From an uncultured Candidatus Peribacteria bacterium (GTDB taxonomy: Bacteria; Patescibacteriota; Gracilibacteria; Peribacterales; Peribacteraceae), in contig CAZLUF010000001.1 in NCBI GenBank assembly GCA_964562645.1, forward strand, positions 12,125-37,884: a DNA stretch of 25,760 nt. Direction: 5' to 3'. The position numbers and the translations under genes were made by a program. The notes beneath the pieces are model-generated. The model saw only the letters and a program-made list of their open reading frames with translations, ran no database searches and was not told the origin of the DNA. Below, one piece after another: positions 23,915 to 25,760 of this stretch. The number at the start of each line of letters is the position of its first letter. The stretch's first letter is position 1.

Positions 23915-25760
23915 ATGAAACCTTCCCTTCTTCTTGGGACAGAAACGCATCGTGATCTTGCTGAGCTTTTACAAGCCCAGGGTCGTTTGGTGCTCTCCGG
24001 AGCCTCTAATGAAACAGCAAAGGCTCTCTTGATTAGTCATCTACTTGCTTTTGCGCCTCATAAAACACTCCTGATAACAGGTGAGACAATGGTGGAGGGG
24101 CTCTCGCATTGGTTAACATTTTTTGGCTGCCCAGTGCGGCATTTAGAGCCTATTATTTCCGAGACAGGCGAGGTGCAAGGTCAGGCTTTGCAGGCGTACT
24201 TGGAGTTCATGCAGGAGCCACCTAAAAAAACGAGTATCACACTGTGTACTAACACACTGGCTGCTCAAGACTTTCCATTGTTTGCCGAGTTAGTGCAGCG
24301 TTCACTCCATATGACAGTGGGTGATCAGATGGAGTTCACACAGTTTTTTGAATCACTCATCGAACGTGGCTATCGTCATGGTCAGGATTTATATATTCAC
24401 CCCGGCGAATATCGCCGTATTGGTGATACGCTCGATATTTTCCCCATCCAGAGTAATCACGCGTATCGGGTACAATTCGCTTTTGATCGAATCGAAAAAA
24501 TTAATGCTATCGATATTCATAACCTCTCTGTAGTGCACGATGCTGGTAAAACGTTTGCCATCTTCCCGGTGCAATTTTCTCGTACCAATACACTGCTGCA
24601 ACAAATTCCAGCCGGCACGTTGGTGACAGTAGATGATCAAGATGAAGTGGTGGTACCACCCGAACATCATCTACTCACTTTTACAGCCTTCCCCGAGAAT
24701 ACCGAGCATCACACACACGTGCGGTATTTGTCGGTGCTCAAGTTCTACACTCTGACAGACTTTTTAAATGACATTCGCGACAAACTACAGCAGCGCTGGT
24801 CGCTTGTGATTGTCACGCGTCGCTTTGAGGAACTGCTCCAGATTTTTACCGAAGAGCACATTCCCACCAGTACCGATGGGCAAGCTCGCGAGGGGGCGGT
24901 AATGGTCTTTAAGGCAGATGAGGAAGATTTGCTCCCCCACTCCCTACAGAACCCAGATTTACGCTGTGCCCTCCTTACCGATCGCGAAATTTTCAGTTTG
25001 AAAAAAGCGGGTAAGCAACGAGGTATTCAAAAGCTTGCTCTCGATTTTATTACCTCGCTCCAGCCAGGTGATTACGTGGTGCACATGGAACATGGTATTG
25101 GGTATTTTGAGGGAATGACGCTTAAGGAGATTGATGGAGTGTCGCGTGAGTATTTGGAATTGACCTACGCCGAAGGCGACAAGTTATTCGTTCCAGTGGA
25201 TCAGGCCGATAAGCTCAGTAAGTTCGTAACCGAAGAAGGCCAGGATCCGGCACTCACTCGTTTGGGTACAGTGGAGTGGAAGCGCCTAACGGAGCGCATG
25301 CGCTCAGAAACGCAGGTTATTGCCAAAGAACTACTCGAGCTCTATGCCAAGCGCGCCAAGAGCGTGGGGCACAACTTTGGTGAAGATACCGAGCGCCAGC
25401 GCCAGTTCGAGGCGGCCTTCCCTTATGAAGAAACCCCCGGTCAGCGCAAAGCCATTTCGGATATTAAGAGTGATATGGAAAGCGGTCGACCTATGGATCG
25501 CTTGGTTTGTGGAGATGTGGGTTTTGGGAAGACAGAAGTTGCTATGCGCGCCGCCTTTAAAGCGGCCGAAGCCGGTAAGCAGGTGGCAGTTATGGCGCCA
25601 ATTACTATCTTGGCCGATCAGCACTACCATAACTTTTCGGAGCGCATGCAGGCGTTTGGTATTAAAGTGGAAATGCTTAGCCGCTTCCGTTCGGTGGCTC
25701 AGCAGCACCAAATTCTGCGCGACGTAAAAGAGGGTAAGATCCAGGTGCTGATTGGTACGC
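23915..25760 (+). CDS. mfd: Transcription-repair coupling factor Mfd (5' part; runs off the window)
   Basis: Manually translated open frame from ATG 23915 (MKPSLLLG...): PGDYVVHMEHGIG (RID), YAEGDKLFVPV, FPYEETPGQ..AI, PMDRLVCGDVGFGKTEVAMRAAFKA (Walker A), APITILADQH. Absent from the ORF track because there is no stop in the window. Confidence 0.96.
   Translation, partial: MKPSLLLGTETHRDLAELLQAQGRLVLSGASNETAKALLISHLLAFAPHKTLLITGETMVEGLSHWLTFFGCPVRHLEPIISETGEVQGQALQAYLEFMQEPPKKTSITLCTNTLAAQDFPLFAELVQRSLHMTVGDQMEFTQFFESLIERGYRHGQDLYIHPGEYRRIGDTLDIFPIQSNHAYRVQFAFDRIEKINAIDIHNLSVVHDAGKTFAIFPVQFSRTNTLLQQIPAGTLVTVDDQDEVVVPPEHHLLTFTAFPENTEHHTHVRYLSVLKFYTLTDFLNDIRDKLQQRWSLVIVTRRFEELLQIFTEEHIPTSTDGQAREGAVMVFKADEEDLLPHSLQNPDLRCALLTDREIFSLKKAGKQRGIQKLALDFITSLQPGDYVVHMEHGIGYFEGMTLKEIDGVSREYLELTYAEGDKLFVPVDQADKLSKFVTEEGQDPALTRLGTVEWKRLTERMRSETQVIAKELLELYAKRAKSVGHNFGEDTERQRQFEAAFPYEETPGQRKAISDIKSDMESGRPMDRLVCGDVGFGKTEVAMRAAFKAAEAGKQVAVMAPITILADQHYHNFSERMQAFGIKVEMLSRFRSVAQQHQILRDVKEGKIQVLIGT

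Noticed and set aside
348-25727. Dozens of 60-250 aa alternative-frame or antisense ORFs in the track (e.g. 1775-2515, 3097-3516, 5393-5833, 5849-6322, 18806-19234, 19011-19457, 25320-25727)
   Set aside because: All overlap longer, better-supported CDSs and have no recognisable motifs; they are expected shadow ORFs at ~50% GC.
1-25760. Recoding of TGA to Gly (code 25, Gracilibacteria/Absconditabacteria)
   Set aside because: Long conserved genes are intact under code 11, and rnj ends at TGA exactly at its expected C-terminus.
1-25760. CRISPR arrays, tRNA, rRNA, IS elements
   Set aside because: No regularly spaced 25-40 bp repeats, tRNA arms or transposase motifs were seen; intergenic space is too small for arrays.

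Overview
Chromosomal window, about 50% GC, genetic code 11 (TGA is used as stop, e.g. the rnj/HAD ATGA overlap). It is most consistent with a Patescibacteria/CPR genome of the Peribacteria/Peregrinibacteria type; this is an inference from SD-less starts, archaeal-type GlmU, N-terminally extended RNase J and pyrB/pyrC. Housekeeping genes: rnj-HAD phosphatase; pyrB-pyrC; a Wzx/MOP flippase; a surface FN3/Ig protein with a sortase-like tail; a stand-alone ComEC MBL domain; a DUF3419/BtaA-like ORF; a GlmU-like nucleotidyltransferase; a DnaA-box cluster (probable oriC, no adjacent dnaA); dnaN; and the 5' part of mfd, which is missing from the ORF track. The main unexplained element is an 11.2 kb minus-strand block (2845-14057) of seven hypothetical genes forming two paralogous, separately transcribed cassettes. 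Each has the order [~135-aa soluble acidic protein] - [~200-aa single-TM protein with a Pro-rich tail] - [one or two very large helical membrane-associated proteins]. This is my best candidate for an undescribed system (host contact, membrane targeting or effector delivery). Two structured intergenic segments (46-189 and 23768-23878) and a leaderless/SD-less promoter architecture are also visible. I saw no tRNA, rRNA, CRISPR array or transposase. All family calls come from motif recognition by eye; no database was searched.
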